Of a stretch of DNA of 24,000 nt, positions 16,770 to 24,000 are shown one piece after another. Source of the stretch: a bacterium (GTDB taxonomy: Bacteria > Verrucomicrobiota > Verrucomicrobiia > Limisphaerales > UBA11358); NCBI GenBank assembly GCA_021780905.1, contig JAJXXW010000085.1, positions 86,158-110,157 on the forward strand, written 5' to 3'. Positions within the stretch are counted from its first letter, which is position 1, and every line of letters begins with the position of its first letter. Made by a program: the position numbers and the translations under genes. The notes under the pieces are model-generated. The model made no database searches, was not told the DNA's origin, and saw nothing but the letters and a program-made list of their open reading frames with translations.

Positions 16770-17861
16770 TCAAGCGCTGATCGCGTCGAGCGCCTGCTGA
16801 AGTTCCACCGCCGGCACCGGCTGGCCCCAGACGGCTTGGCCGATTTTTTTCGCCAGCACAAATTTCACTTCGCCGCCGCTCACCTTCTTGTCGAGCAACA
16901 TGGCGGCGAGCAGTTTTTTGCGGCGGATGGCATTCAGCGCCAGCGTCACCGGCAAACCGGCCTGGGCAAAGAGTTTGCCGATCCGCACCGCGTCGCGTTC
17001 CGGCAGGTCCAGCCTTTTCACCGACAATTGCGCCGCTGCGACCTGGCCGATGGCAATCGCCTCGCCGTGCAAAAACTTGCCGTAGCCGGAACTGTTTTCA
17101 ATCGCGTGGCCGATGGTGTGGCCGAAATTCAGGATGGCGCGCAGGCCGCTTTCCGTCTCGTCCTGCTCCACGACCGCCGCCTTGATTTCACAGCAGCGGG
17201 CGACGATTTCCCCCAGCGTCGCCGGGTCGCGCTTCAGCAGTTTGGGCAGGTCGCGTTCGAGGCGCGTGAATAATTCCGCGTCGTAAATGATGCCGTATTT
17301 GATGACCTCGGCGAGGCCGGAACGGTATTCGCGTCTCGGCAAGGTTTTGAACGCGTCCAGGTCGCAAAGCACCAGCCGCGGCTGGTAAAACGCGCCGACG
17401 AGGTTTTTCCCGGCCTTCAAATTGACGCCGGTCTTGCCGCCGACCGAACTGTCCACCTGCGCGAGCAAGGTGGTCGGCACCTGCACGAACGGGAGACCGC
17501 GCAGATACGTCGCCGCCACAAAGCCGGCCAGGTCGCCCACCACGCCGCCGCCGAGGGCGACGATGAAGGATTTGCGCTCCAGCCGGTGCGCTGCCAACTG
17601 GTCGTGGCATTTTTCCACAACGGCGAGCCGCTTGGATTCTTCCCCGGCGGGAAAGGTGACCAGCGCGGTTTCAAAGCCGGAAGCGGAAAGTGATTTCACC
17701 GCGAGTCCGGCAAAATGCCGGCCGGCGTTGGCGTCCGTGATCACGGCGCAACGACACCCCAGCTTGAGCCGCGCACACTCAGCCCCGAGCCCGGCCAGCA
17801 AACCGGTGCCGACCTTGATGGCATAGCTGCGTTGGCCGAGCGGAACTTGAACAATGCGCAT
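16770..17861 (-). CDS. aroB: 3-dehydroquinate synthase
   Basis: ALGGGVVGDLAGFVAATYLRGLPFVQVPTTLLAQVDSSVGGKTGVN and NFGHTIGHAIE. Confidence 0.9.
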   Translation of the reverse strand: MRIVQVPLGQRSYAIKVGTGLLAGLGAECARLKLGCRCAVITDANAGRHFAGLAVKSLSASGFETALVTFPAGEESKRLAVVEKCHDQLAAHRLERKSFIVALGGGVVGDLAGFVAATYLRGLPFVQVPTTLLAQVDSSVGGKTGVNLKAGKNLVGAFYQPRLVLCDLDAFKTLPRREYRSGLAEVIKYGIIYDAELFTRLERDLPKLLKRDPATLGEIVARCCEIKAAVVEQDETESGLRAILNFGHTIGHAIENSSGYGKFLHGEAIAIGQVAAAQLSVKRLDLPERDAVRIGKLFAQAGLPVTLALNAIRRKKLLAAMLLDKKVSGGEVKFVLAKKIGQAVWGQPVPAVELQQALDAISA

Positions 17862-18289
17862 GGCGGCAGGATAAACGGCGGCAGCCGAGTGTCAAAAAAT
17901 GAAATGAACCGCCGGAACGATTTTTACTCCAGCTGATGCCTGCTTTGCGAATGAAGGTCTGCTTATTTCTGTGCGGCCGGGCCGGGCGATTTGCTGTCGC
18001 GTGACAGGCCGCTCGCGCGTTCACTGCGGCGGACGTAACCCATCGCGCCATAGAGGTCTGGCAATGCGGACAGACCAGTCGTCCCGGCTTGCAGCCCAGG
18101 AAGAGCCGGATGCAGCTCTCGCCGTTTTCGGTCCGCCAATACTCGCATCCTTCGTGAACGCCAAACGCATGAAACCACAGCCTTTGACTCGTGCCTCATG
18201 ATACAAGATCGTCCGCCGGCGGGCGCTTGCCTCTCTCGCGGGCGAAGGCGGGATGCCGGGGTGGCGCGGCTTCTCTGCCCACAAAAACA

Positions 18290-19444
18290 TCAGCGCAAAA
18301 ACATTTCCGCCGCCGCATCGGCAAAGCGCAGGCCCTGAGGCGTGAGGTGAAAACGGTCGTCGGAAATCTTTGCCCAACCATGCGCCTGCAGCTTGGCCAT
18401 TTCGCCTTGCCATTCCTGACGCAGATCGAAACTGGTGGTGCGCTGAAAATCCGCAAACGGCCAGCCGGCGTTCATGCGCAGGCCAAACGCGGCGATTTCG
18501 CCGGCGCGACGGAGTGGCGACAATTCCTCGCTGGATTCGATGGCGCGTTGGCCCTTCTCCAACTGCTCGCAGTAAAGCTGGGTGTTGGCCCAGTTTTTCG
18601 TGCGCCGGCCGCGCACGTAGCCGGTGGCGCTGGGTCCGAGGCCGTAATAGGAGCCGCCGCGCCAGTAGTTGACGTTGTGCTGGCAGGCGTGTGATGGAAG
18701 ACGGGGATTATCGCGCGCGAAGTTGGCGATTTCGTATTGTTGAAAGCCGGCGGCGGTCGAGCATGAAATCAATTCTTCATACATCGCGCTGGCGAGTTCC
18801 TCGTCCACGGAAAATTCACCCGCCTGGAGCTGCGCGAACAACGGCGTGTCGTCCTCGTAAATCACCTCGTAGCTGGACAGATGCTCGCTCTGCATCGCCA
18901 TTGCCTCGTTGAGGGTGTCGCGCCAGTGCTCCATCGTCTGGGTCGGAATGGCGAACATCAGGTCGAGGTTCACGTTGTCAAAACCGGCGGCGCGCAAGAG
19001 GTCGAAAGACTTGAACACTTGGGCGCGCGAGTGGATGCGGCCGAGGCGGTCGAGCAGTTTTTCATCCAGCGATTGGACGCCCATCGAAATGCGGTTCACG
19101 CCGAAATCGCGGAGCAGTTTGCACTTGTCCGCGGAGACGGTGGCGGGATTGCTTTCGATGGTGAACTCGGCGGCGCCGAGGAGATGGAGTTTTTCCATCG
19201 CCTGCAAAAGGGTTTTCCACTGGGCCAGGGTGAGCAGGGAAGGAGTGCCGCCGCCGAAGAAAATGGTCCTGGGTTTGAGATCGGACGCGACCATGGCCAA
19301 TTCCTGGACCAACGCGGCGACGTAGCGGTTGATGAGTTCGCCGCTGGACGCCTCGGAATAAAAGGCGCAATACTCGCACTTCTGCGCGCAAAAGGGGACG
19401 TGGACATAAAGGCTCGTGACCGGAGCCGTGAGATTGACCGTCAT
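18290..19444 (-). CDS. hemW: radical-SAM heme chaperone HemW (HemN-like, oxygen-independent coproporphyrinogen oxidase family)
   Basis: LYVHVPFCAQKCEYCAFYS contains the CxxxCxxC cluster; FFGGGTPS is also present. The ~384-aa length is typical of HemW rather than HemN. Confidence 0.85.
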   Translation of the reverse strand: MTVNLTAPVTSLYVHVPFCAQKCEYCAFYSEASSGELINRYVAALVQELAMVASDLKPRTIFFGGGTPSLLTLAQWKTLLQAMEKLHLLGAAEFTIESNPATVSADKCKLLRDFGVNRISMGVQSLDEKLLDRLGRIHSRAQVFKSFDLLRAAGFDNVNLDLMFAIPTQTMEHWRDTLNEAMAMQSEHLSSYEVIYEDDTPLFAQLQAGEFSVDEELASAMYEELISCSTAAGFQQYEIANFARDNPRLPSHACQHNVNYWRGGSYYGLGPSATGYVRGRRTKNWANTQLYCEQLEKGQRAIESSEELSPLRRAGEIAAFGLRMNAGWPFADFQRTTSFDLRQEWQGEMAKLQAHGWAKISDDRFHLTPQGLRFADAAAEMFLR

Positions 19445-19495
19445 GGCTTCAGGTTACTCCAGCCACCGGCAGACGCGAATGAAATTCGCCGGCGG

Positions 19496-19705
19496 TCAGG
19501 CCGGATTGGCGCGCTGGACGTTCTGCGCCTTCAAACCTTTTTCGCCGGGAATGGTTTCGAAGGTGACTGTTTCGCCCTCGGCGAGGGTTTTGTAGCCTTC
19601 GCCGATGATGGAGGTGTGGTGCACGAAGACATCCTGGCCGGAATCCCCGGCAATGAAGCCAAACCCCTTTTTATTGTCGAACCACTTTACTTTGCCGCTG
19701 GCCAT
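19496..19705 (-). CDS. cold-shock protein (CspA family), 69 aa
   Basis: [18 protein letters not shown] (RNP1) and VFVHH (RNP2). The start is set at ATG 19705, which is preceded by CAGGAGCAGTT (AGGAG, 6-nt spacing). The track start at 19729 is GTG without an RBS. Confidence 0.9.
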   Translation of the reverse strand: MASGKVKWFDNKKGFGFIAGDSGQDVFVHHTSIIGEGYKTLAEGETVTFETIPGEKGLKAQNVQRANPA

Positions 19706-19731
19706 AACTGCTCCTGATTTGCGAGGCACCT

Positions 19732-19770
19732 GAAAAACGAAACGGACGTGGCTGGTTCAGCCGCGTCCGT
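19732..19770 (-). terminator. intrinsic-terminator-like hairpin plus U-tract, 26 nt upstream of the csp start codon
   Basis: The minus strand reads ACGGACGCGGCTG-aac-CAGCCACGTCCGT (13-bp stem, 1 mismatch) followed by TTCGTTTTTC. It lies downstream of the receiver-like gene and inside any possible csp leader. Confidence 0.6.
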
Positions 19771-19816
19771 GATCCATCATTTTTCCCAATAAGTCATGCC
19801 TCAAGGTTGTGAGCCG

Positions 19817-19845
19817 ACTATGGAACCAAAAAAAATATCCGTCAA
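19817..19845 (-). promoter_or_regulatory. candidate sigma70-type promoter for csp
   Basis: The minus strand reads TTGACG, a 17-nt spacer, then CATAGT. The spacer contains a T8 run. The promoter lies immediately after the stop of the upstream gene. Confidence 0.35.
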
Positions 19846-19860
19846 GGGAAAATCATCAGA

Positions 19861-20232
19861 TCATTCGACGTGCAGTGCCTGGTCGAGCATCTGGGCGAAA
19901 TGGCCGGTCAACGCACTTTCGGTCACCGCCAGGTTGGCACCTGCCGCTTGGGCCGCCGGCAGCAGTTCGGGGCGGTGATCCGGCGCGAAGGCGATGATGG
20001 ATATGTGGTTCGTGGCGGCTTCCGCCCGGATTTTCGTGATGGCGTCGGCCACCCCGCTTTGGGCGTCGAGATCCGCGATCACGAGCAGCGGCATTTCCCG
20101 CAACACCGTGGCCGCCAACCGGGCGGCGTTGGCGAGGGCCAGGACGCGATAGTGCATGTCCTGGAGCCGGTTCACCAACTGGCTGCCGGGCATGACGCGT
20201 TCGTAGAAAACAATGGCCAGCGGTTGCAACAT
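19861..20232 (-). CDS. single-domain receiver (CheY-like REC) protein with a degenerate active site
   Basis: An alternating beta/alpha pattern fits REC: LAIVFYE / YRVLALA / PLLVIADLD / ISIIAFAP / ANLAVTES. The start is set at ATG 20232 (123 aa). The TTG at 20340 would add 36 aa. Confidence 0.6.
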   Translation of the reverse strand: MLQPLAIVFYERVMPGSQLVNRLQDMHYRVLALANAARLAATVLREMPLLVIADLDAQSGVADAITKIRAEAATNHISIIAFAPDHRPELLPAAQAAGANLAVTESALTGHFAQMLDQALHVE

Positions 20233-20401
20233 CGCCCACAGGATGGATGTAAAAATCGCGAAACGCAAAACGCTTTTTGGCAAACCGGAAGGGACAAGGG
20301 CACCGGGGCACCGCTGGCAGCAGTTTTTCAGAGGTTTCAAAATTATGAAGCGGCGGATCGCCTTGACGCAATTGTTCCTTTGCCCGTCGGATCAAATTCA
20401 C

Positions 20402-20429
20402 TTTACGGGAGGGCTTTGGCTGGTATGAT
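20402..20429 (+). promoter_or_regulatory. candidate extended -10 promoter for pgk-tpiA-secG
   Basis: TTTACG, a 16-nt spacer, then TGgTATGAT. The -10 hexamer ends 34 nt before the pgk ATG. Confidence 0.35.
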
Positions 20430-20431
20430 TG

Positions 20432-20462
20432 CAAGTCTTGTTTGCAGTGCAGACAAGACTTG
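20432..20462. promoter_or_regulatory. paired palindromes / perfect 10-bp inverted repeat abutting the pgk start codon
   Basis: CAAGTCTTGT-N11-ACAAGACTTG. Each arm contains the 9-bp palindrome CAAGnCTTG, centres 22 bp apart. The repeat ends 1 nt before ATG 20464. Confidence 0.5.
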
Positions 20463-20463
20463 T

Positions 20464-21708
20464 ATGGCAAAATTATTCATTGAAGACCTCGATTTGAAAG
20501 GGAAACGCGCCCTCATCCGTGTGGACTTCAACGTCCCGCAGGACAAGGTGACTGGTGCCATCACCAACACCAAGCGCATTGAAGCGGCGCTGCCGACCAT
20601 CCGCTATGCGCTCGACCAAGGCGCGTCGGTGGTTTTGATGAGCCACCTCGGCCGCCCGGACGGTAAGCGCGTCGAAAAATTTTCCTTGCGGCCCGTGGCT
20701 GAAGCGCTTGCAAAACTCCTCGGCCGCCCGGTGCAATTCCTCAATGACTGCGTCGGGCCGGAAGTGGAAGATGCGTGCGCGAAGGCCAAACCCGGCGACG
20801 TGATTTTACTCGAGAACCTCCGCTTTCACATCGAGGAAGAAGGCAAGGTGAAGCTCGCGGACGGCTCCAAGCTGAAAGCCGAACCGGAAAAAGTGAAAGC
20901 CTTCCGCGCCAGCCTGACGAGGCTCGGTGACGTTTACATCAACGACGCGTTCGGCACGGCCCATCGCGATCACAGTTCGATGACCGGCGTGCAGCTTCCG
21001 CAGCGCGCCTGCGGTTATTTGATGAAGAAGGAACTGGACGCATTTGGTGCGGTGCTGGAGCACCCGAAGCGTCCGCTGCTGGCGATTCTCGGCGGCTCGA
21101 AAGTCTCCGATAAAATCCAGCTCATCAACAACCTGCTCGACCAGGCCGACGAAATCATCATCGGCGGCGGCATGGCCTACACCTTCCGCAAGGTTCGGGA
21201 CAAGATGGAAATCGGCAAATCCCTGTTCGACGCCGAAGGCGCTAAGATTGTGCCCGAGTTGCTCGCCAAGGCGAAAGCCAAGGGCAAGCAAATTCATTTG
21301 CCGGTGGATTGGGTGACGGGCGACAAGTTCGGCCCCGACGCCAACATCGGCAGCGCGACGCTGGCCACCGGCATTCCCGCCGGCTGGGAAGGCATGGATG
21401 CCGGCCCGGAATCGTCCAGGCAATTTGCCACCGTCATTGCCCGCGCCAAGACCATCATCTGGAACGGGCCGCCCGGCGTGTTTGAATTTCCCGCGTTTGA
21501 AAAAGCCACCAGGGCGATGGCGGATGCCATGGTGGCGGCCACCGCCGCCGGCGCGACGACCGTGGTCGGCGGCGGCGACACCGCGACGGCGGCGAAGAAA
21601 TTTGGCGCGGATAAAAAAGTTTCCCACACCTCGACCGGCGGCGGCGCGTCGCTGGAATTTCTCGAGGGTAAGGTGCTGCCCGGGGTGGCGGCGCTCACTG
21701 AAAAATAA
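20464..21708 (+). CDS. pgk: phosphoglycerate kinase
   Basis: [33 protein letters not shown] and GGGDTA. The start is set at ATG 20464 ([11 protein letters not shown]). The 198-codon upstream extension in the track is antisense to the receiver gene. Confidence 0.95.
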   Translation: MAKLFIEDLDLKGKRALIRVDFNVPQDKVTGAITNTKRIEAALPTIRYALDQGASVVLMSHLGRPDGKRVEKFSLRPVAEALAKLLGRPVQFLNDCVGPEVEDACAKAKPGDVILLENLRFHIEEEGKVKLADGSKLKAEPEKVKAFRASLTRLGDVYINDAFGTAHRDHSSMTGVQLPQRACGYLMKKELDAFGAVLEHPKRPLLAILGGSKVSDKIQLINNLLDQADEIIIGGGMAYTFRKVRDKMEIGKSLFDAEGAKIVPELLAKAKAKGKQIHLPVDWVTGDKFGPDANIGSATLATGIPAGWEGMDAGPESSRQFATVIARAKTIIWNGPPGVFEFPAFEKATRAMADAMVAATAAGATTVVGGGDTATAAKKFGADKKVSHTSTGGGASLEFLEGKVLPGVAALTEK

Positions 21709-21732
21709 TTTCCAGCCCAAATCCATTTTACA

Positions 21733-22497
21733 ATGAACAAAGAACGCAAACTAATCATTGCCGGCAACTGGAAGATGAACAAAACCGTCGCCGAGGCGCT
21801 GACCCTCGTCGGCGACCTCAAGCGCGATCTTGCCGGCATAAAAGAGGCAGACATCGTTGTGTGTCCGCCGTTCACGGCGTTGAGCGAAGTCTCCAAGGTC
21901 ATGCTTGATTCCAATCTCCGGCTGGGGGCTCAAAACATGAGCGAGAACAATTTCGGGGCATGCACCGGCGAAATCTGCGCGGGCATGTTGAAGGAATTTT
22001 CCGTGCGCCACGTCATTCTTGGCCACAGCGAACGCCGCCAGTTCCAGAAAGAGTCCGACGCGCTCATCGCCAAGAAGTCGGCGGCAGCCCACGCGGCCGC
22101 GCTCAAGCCGATTGTCTGCGTCGGCGAAACCTTGGCCGAACGCGAAGGGAATCATACCGAAAAAGTTTTGGAAACACAGGTGCGCGGCAGCCTCGCCGGA
22201 TTGACGAAAGAACAAATGGTGGAAACCGTCGTCGCCTACGAACCGGTCTGGGCCATCGGCACCGGCAAGACGGCGACCACCCAGCAGGCGCAGGCCGCAC
22301 ACGCGTTCATCCGCAAGACGCTCGTGGCGATGTTTGATGCCGAGGTTGCACGCAAAGTTCGCATTCAATACGGCGGCAGCGTGAAACCGAACAACGCCAA
22401 GGAGCTGATGAGCCAGCCGGATGTGGACGGCGCGCTCGTCGGTGGCGCTTCCTTGGAGGCAAGAAGTTTTGCTGACATCATCAAAAATTCCATCTAA
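21733..22497 (+). CDS. tpiA: triosephosphate isomerase
   Basis: IAGNWKMNKT, ILGHSERR, VAYEPVWAIGTGKTAT and QYGGSVKP. Confidence 0.95.
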   Translation: MNKERKLIIAGNWKMNKTVAEALTLVGDLKRDLAGIKEADIVVCPPFTALSEVSKVMLDSNLRLGAQNMSENNFGACTGEICAGMLKEFSVRHVILGHSERRQFQKESDALIAKKSAAAHAAALKPIVCVGETLAEREGNHTEKVLETQVRGSLAGLTKEQMVETVVAYEPVWAIGTGKTATTQQAQAAHAFIRKTLVAMFDAEVARKVRIQYGGSVKPNNAKELMSQPDVDGALVGGASLEARSFADIIKNSI

Positions 22498-22509
22498 CCT
22501 ATCCATCCT

Positions 22510-22929
22510 ATGGTTTTCATCACTACTCTTTTAACACTGGTCATGGTGCTCAACGCGCTGTTATTGATCCTGCTCGTTTTGGTGCAGTTACCGAAGAAGG
22601 ACGCGGGCGCGGGCATGGCCTTCGGCGCAGGCACAGCGGACGCGCTGTTCGGTGCCGGTTCCGGCAACGCCCTCACCAAGATCACCAAATACGCCACCGT
22701 CGTGTTCCTGGTCCTCTGCCTGTTTCTTGGCTATCTGCACGACAAGGTGCATGCCGACAACAGCGCGGCGGATTTTGCGAAGCAGCTTCAGCAAAAACAA
22801 ATGATGGCTCCGGTGCCGCCGCCTGCGGCCAACCCGGCCACGGTGGCGACTCCCGCAGCCGCCACGCCGCCGGCCAACAACCTCCTTTCCACCCTGCCGG
22901 TGCAGACGAACACGCTCCCGGCCAAGTAA
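22510..22929 (+). CDS. secG: preprotein translocase subunit SecG with a Pro/Ala-rich C-terminal extension
   Basis: It has two TM segments flanking the Gly-rich loop GAGMAFGAGTADALFGAGSGN. It follows pgk-tpiA, a common arrangement. Confidence 0.85.
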   Translation: MVFITTLLTLVMVLNALLLILLVLVQLPKKDAGAGMAFGAGTADALFGAGSGNALTKITKYATVVFLVLCLFLGYLHDKVHADNSAADFAKQLQQKQMMAPVPPPAANPATVATPAAATPPANNLLSTLPVQTNTLPAK

Positions 22930-22955
22930 AACAAAGCCGCCAAATATTTCGCCAC

Positions 22956-22982
22956 CGCCCGCCCTCAACGGCGAGCGTTTTT
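22956..22982 (+). terminator. rho-independent terminator after secG
   Basis: CGCCCGCC-ctcaac-GGCGAGCG (8-bp stem, one C/A mismatch) followed by TTTTTATTT. Confidence 0.7.
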
Positions 22983-23229
22983 ATTTGCTGACCGGGCGCA
23001 GCGCGTCAAAATCCCCGCTCGCGCAGGCCACCACCAAACTTTCCGTGGCGCTTTTCAACTTCTCCCAGCGTGCGCGAATCTGTTCCGCCGCCGGGCAACC
23101 GTTGCCGCACCATTCATAGCGGCGGGTGAAGCGGCCCAGATCGGTGAGCGAAATGACCTCGCAGAATTGCTGATCCAGGGCACTCAACGGGCCCAGTTCG
23201 TCCGTGAGCGCGGAAAAAAAATGGTTCAT
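22981..23229 (-). CDS. hypothetical 82-aa protein with four Cys
   Basis: ATG 23229 to TAA 22981-22983. About 74% G/C at third positions (hand count). The sequence is not low-complexity (…RYEWCGNGCPAAEQIRARWEKLK…). No family recognised. Confidence 0.5.
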   Translation of the reverse strand: MNHFFSALTDELGPLSALDQQFCEVISLTDLGRFTRRYEWCGNGCPAAEQIRARWEKLKSATESLVVACASGDFDALRPVSK

Positions 23230-23505
23230 CCGGGAAGTTGGGTTCTGGAAAGGGTGTTTTCAAGATTTGCCGGGCCATTGGATCGCCATGCCCAGAGCGG
23301 CTGTCTTGAAAATGAAACGATTTGGGACACTTTTGCCTTTATATGAGCAATGAGGCTCTGGGCCGGGCGATTCAGACGCGCCGCACAACTTTCCGTTCAA
23401 ACAAATCAAAAATAATCCCCAACAAACCAGGGTTTTGAAAGAGGCACTTGGGACTTTATCCGTTTGATTGATTAGTGGGGATTCCGGCAAAGTTGAATCT
23501 GGACA

Positions 23506-23522
23506 TTGGCACGGACATTGCT
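23506..23522 (+). promoter_or_regulatory. sigma54 (-24/-12) promoter upstream of the pilin-like gene
   Basis: TTGGCACGGACATTGCT matches YTGGCACGrNNNTTGCW at every specified position. TGGCAC is at 23507-23512 and TTGC at 23518-23521, with correct spacing. The orientation is correct, ~108 nt before the ATG. Confidence 0.7.
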
Positions 23523-23628
23523 ATGATGGTGTTGCGCGGTTGCGTCAGGCAATCAAGTGAATAAAGTTGTCATCATATAACCCTCCTGACGCGCTATTCC
23601 TCCGCGTAAACAGAAAGCACAAAGCAAA

Positions 23629-24000
23629 ATGAAAATGACCAAGAACATCCGCAAAGCGGGTTTCACCCTGGTGGAAATCATGATCGTCGTGGCCATCATC
23701 GGCCTGTTGGCGGCGATTGCGATTCCGAACTTCGTGAAAGCCCGGACCACCTCGCAGTGCAATGCCTGCATCAACAACCTCCGCCAGATTGACGCGGCGG
23801 CCAACCAGCTCGCCTTGGAAAAGGGCATGACCACCGGGCAGGCCATCACCTACCCGACCGACCTGTTGCCCTACATCAAGCTGAACTCGAACGGCAGCAT
23901 TCCGCCGTGTCCCGCGGGCGGCACCTATGCCGATCCCACAGTCGGCTCCAATCCGACCTGCACGCTGAGCACGCTCACGCCGCCGCACGCGCTCCAGTAA
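23629..24000 (+). CDS. prepilin-type N-terminal cleavage/methylation protein (type IV pilin / T2SS pseudopilin-like)
   Basis: MKMTKNIRKAG|FTLVEIMIVVAIIGLLAAIAIPNF has the class III signal with G-1, F+1 and E+5. Cys pairs occur in the C-terminal part. The TAA stop falls at the last three bases of the window. Confidence 0.9.
   Translation: MKMTKNIRKAGFTLVEIMIVVAIIGLLAAIAIPNFVKARTTSQCNACINNLRQIDAAANQLALEKGMTTGQAITYPTDLLPYIKLNSNGSIPPCPAGGTYADPTVGSNPTCTLSTLTPPHALQ

Noticed and set aside
18080-18116. GCAGCCCAGGAAGAGCCGGATGCAGC superficially recalls the SRP RNA domain IV (GGAAGGAAGCAGCC)
   Set aside because: It has no GGAA tetraloop context or matching symmetric-loop arrangement on either strand, and the flanks do not form the long helix expected of 4.5S RNA.
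18021-18413. 130-aa minus-strand ORF overlapping the 3' end of hemW
   Set aside because: It overlaps hemW out of frame by ~120 nt, has Arg/Ala/Gly/Pro-rich composition and shows no motif.
19445-19495. Possible terminator between csp and hemW (GCGAA-tgaaa-TTCGC / CCGGC...GCCGG)
   Set aside because: There are only 5-bp stems and no U-tract on the minus strand, so this is not enough to call a terminator. csp and hemW may be partly co-transcribed.
19870-20463. 198-codon N-terminal extension of pgk in the ORF track, and the 204-aa minus-strand ORF 19856-20470
   Set aside because: Pgk begins with a canonical [25 protein letters not shown] at 20464. The extension is antisense to the receiver-like gene and has shadow-frame composition.
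23398-23485. CAAACAAATCAAAAATAATCCCC and GTTTGATTGATTAGTGGGG look related
   Set aside because: They are complementary without being reversed, which makes them a mirror-type relation rather than an inverted or direct repeat. They cannot pair or form a symmetric protein site, so the resemblance is probably coincidental.
23260-23490. 76-aa minus-strand ORF in the pilin upstream region
   Set aside because: This stretch is AT-richer and promoter-like. The ORF has no RBS and an odd composition. The region is better explained as regulatory DNA for the two divergent genes.

Overview
GC-rich (about 60%) bacterial chromosomal segment. The secreted sulfatase, the GH29 fucosidase with a discoidin domain, and the prepilin-type protein (GFTLVEIM N-terminus) suggest a PVC-superphylum, Verrucomicrobiota-like organism; this is inference only. 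Most of the window is housekeeping. It holds one ORF fusing LMW-phosphatase, RpiB and SHMT domains, then Mn-type SOD, pabA/trpG-panD, a TetR-regulated RND efflux operon (pump, adaptor, outer-membrane factor), aroB, hemW, a cold-shock protein, a degenerate receiver-domain protein, pgk-tpiA-secG, and a pilin-like gene. About 5.4 kb (2897-8329) between core genes looks accessory. It carries an intact sulfatase and fucosidase surrounded by decayed pieces: an internally deleted, frameshifted IS4-family element; a rhamnose-mutarotase-like pseudogene split by that IS; and two further coding-like remnants. I found no rRNA, tRNA or CRISPR array, and no convincing novel multi-gene system such as a defence, toxin or secretion locus. 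The items most worth follow-up are the three-domain fusion, a perfect sigma54 promoter before the pilin-like gene, a terminator-like hairpin inside the csp leader, and paired palindromes over the pgk start. All long antisense ORFs in the supplied track are treated as GC-rich shadow frames.
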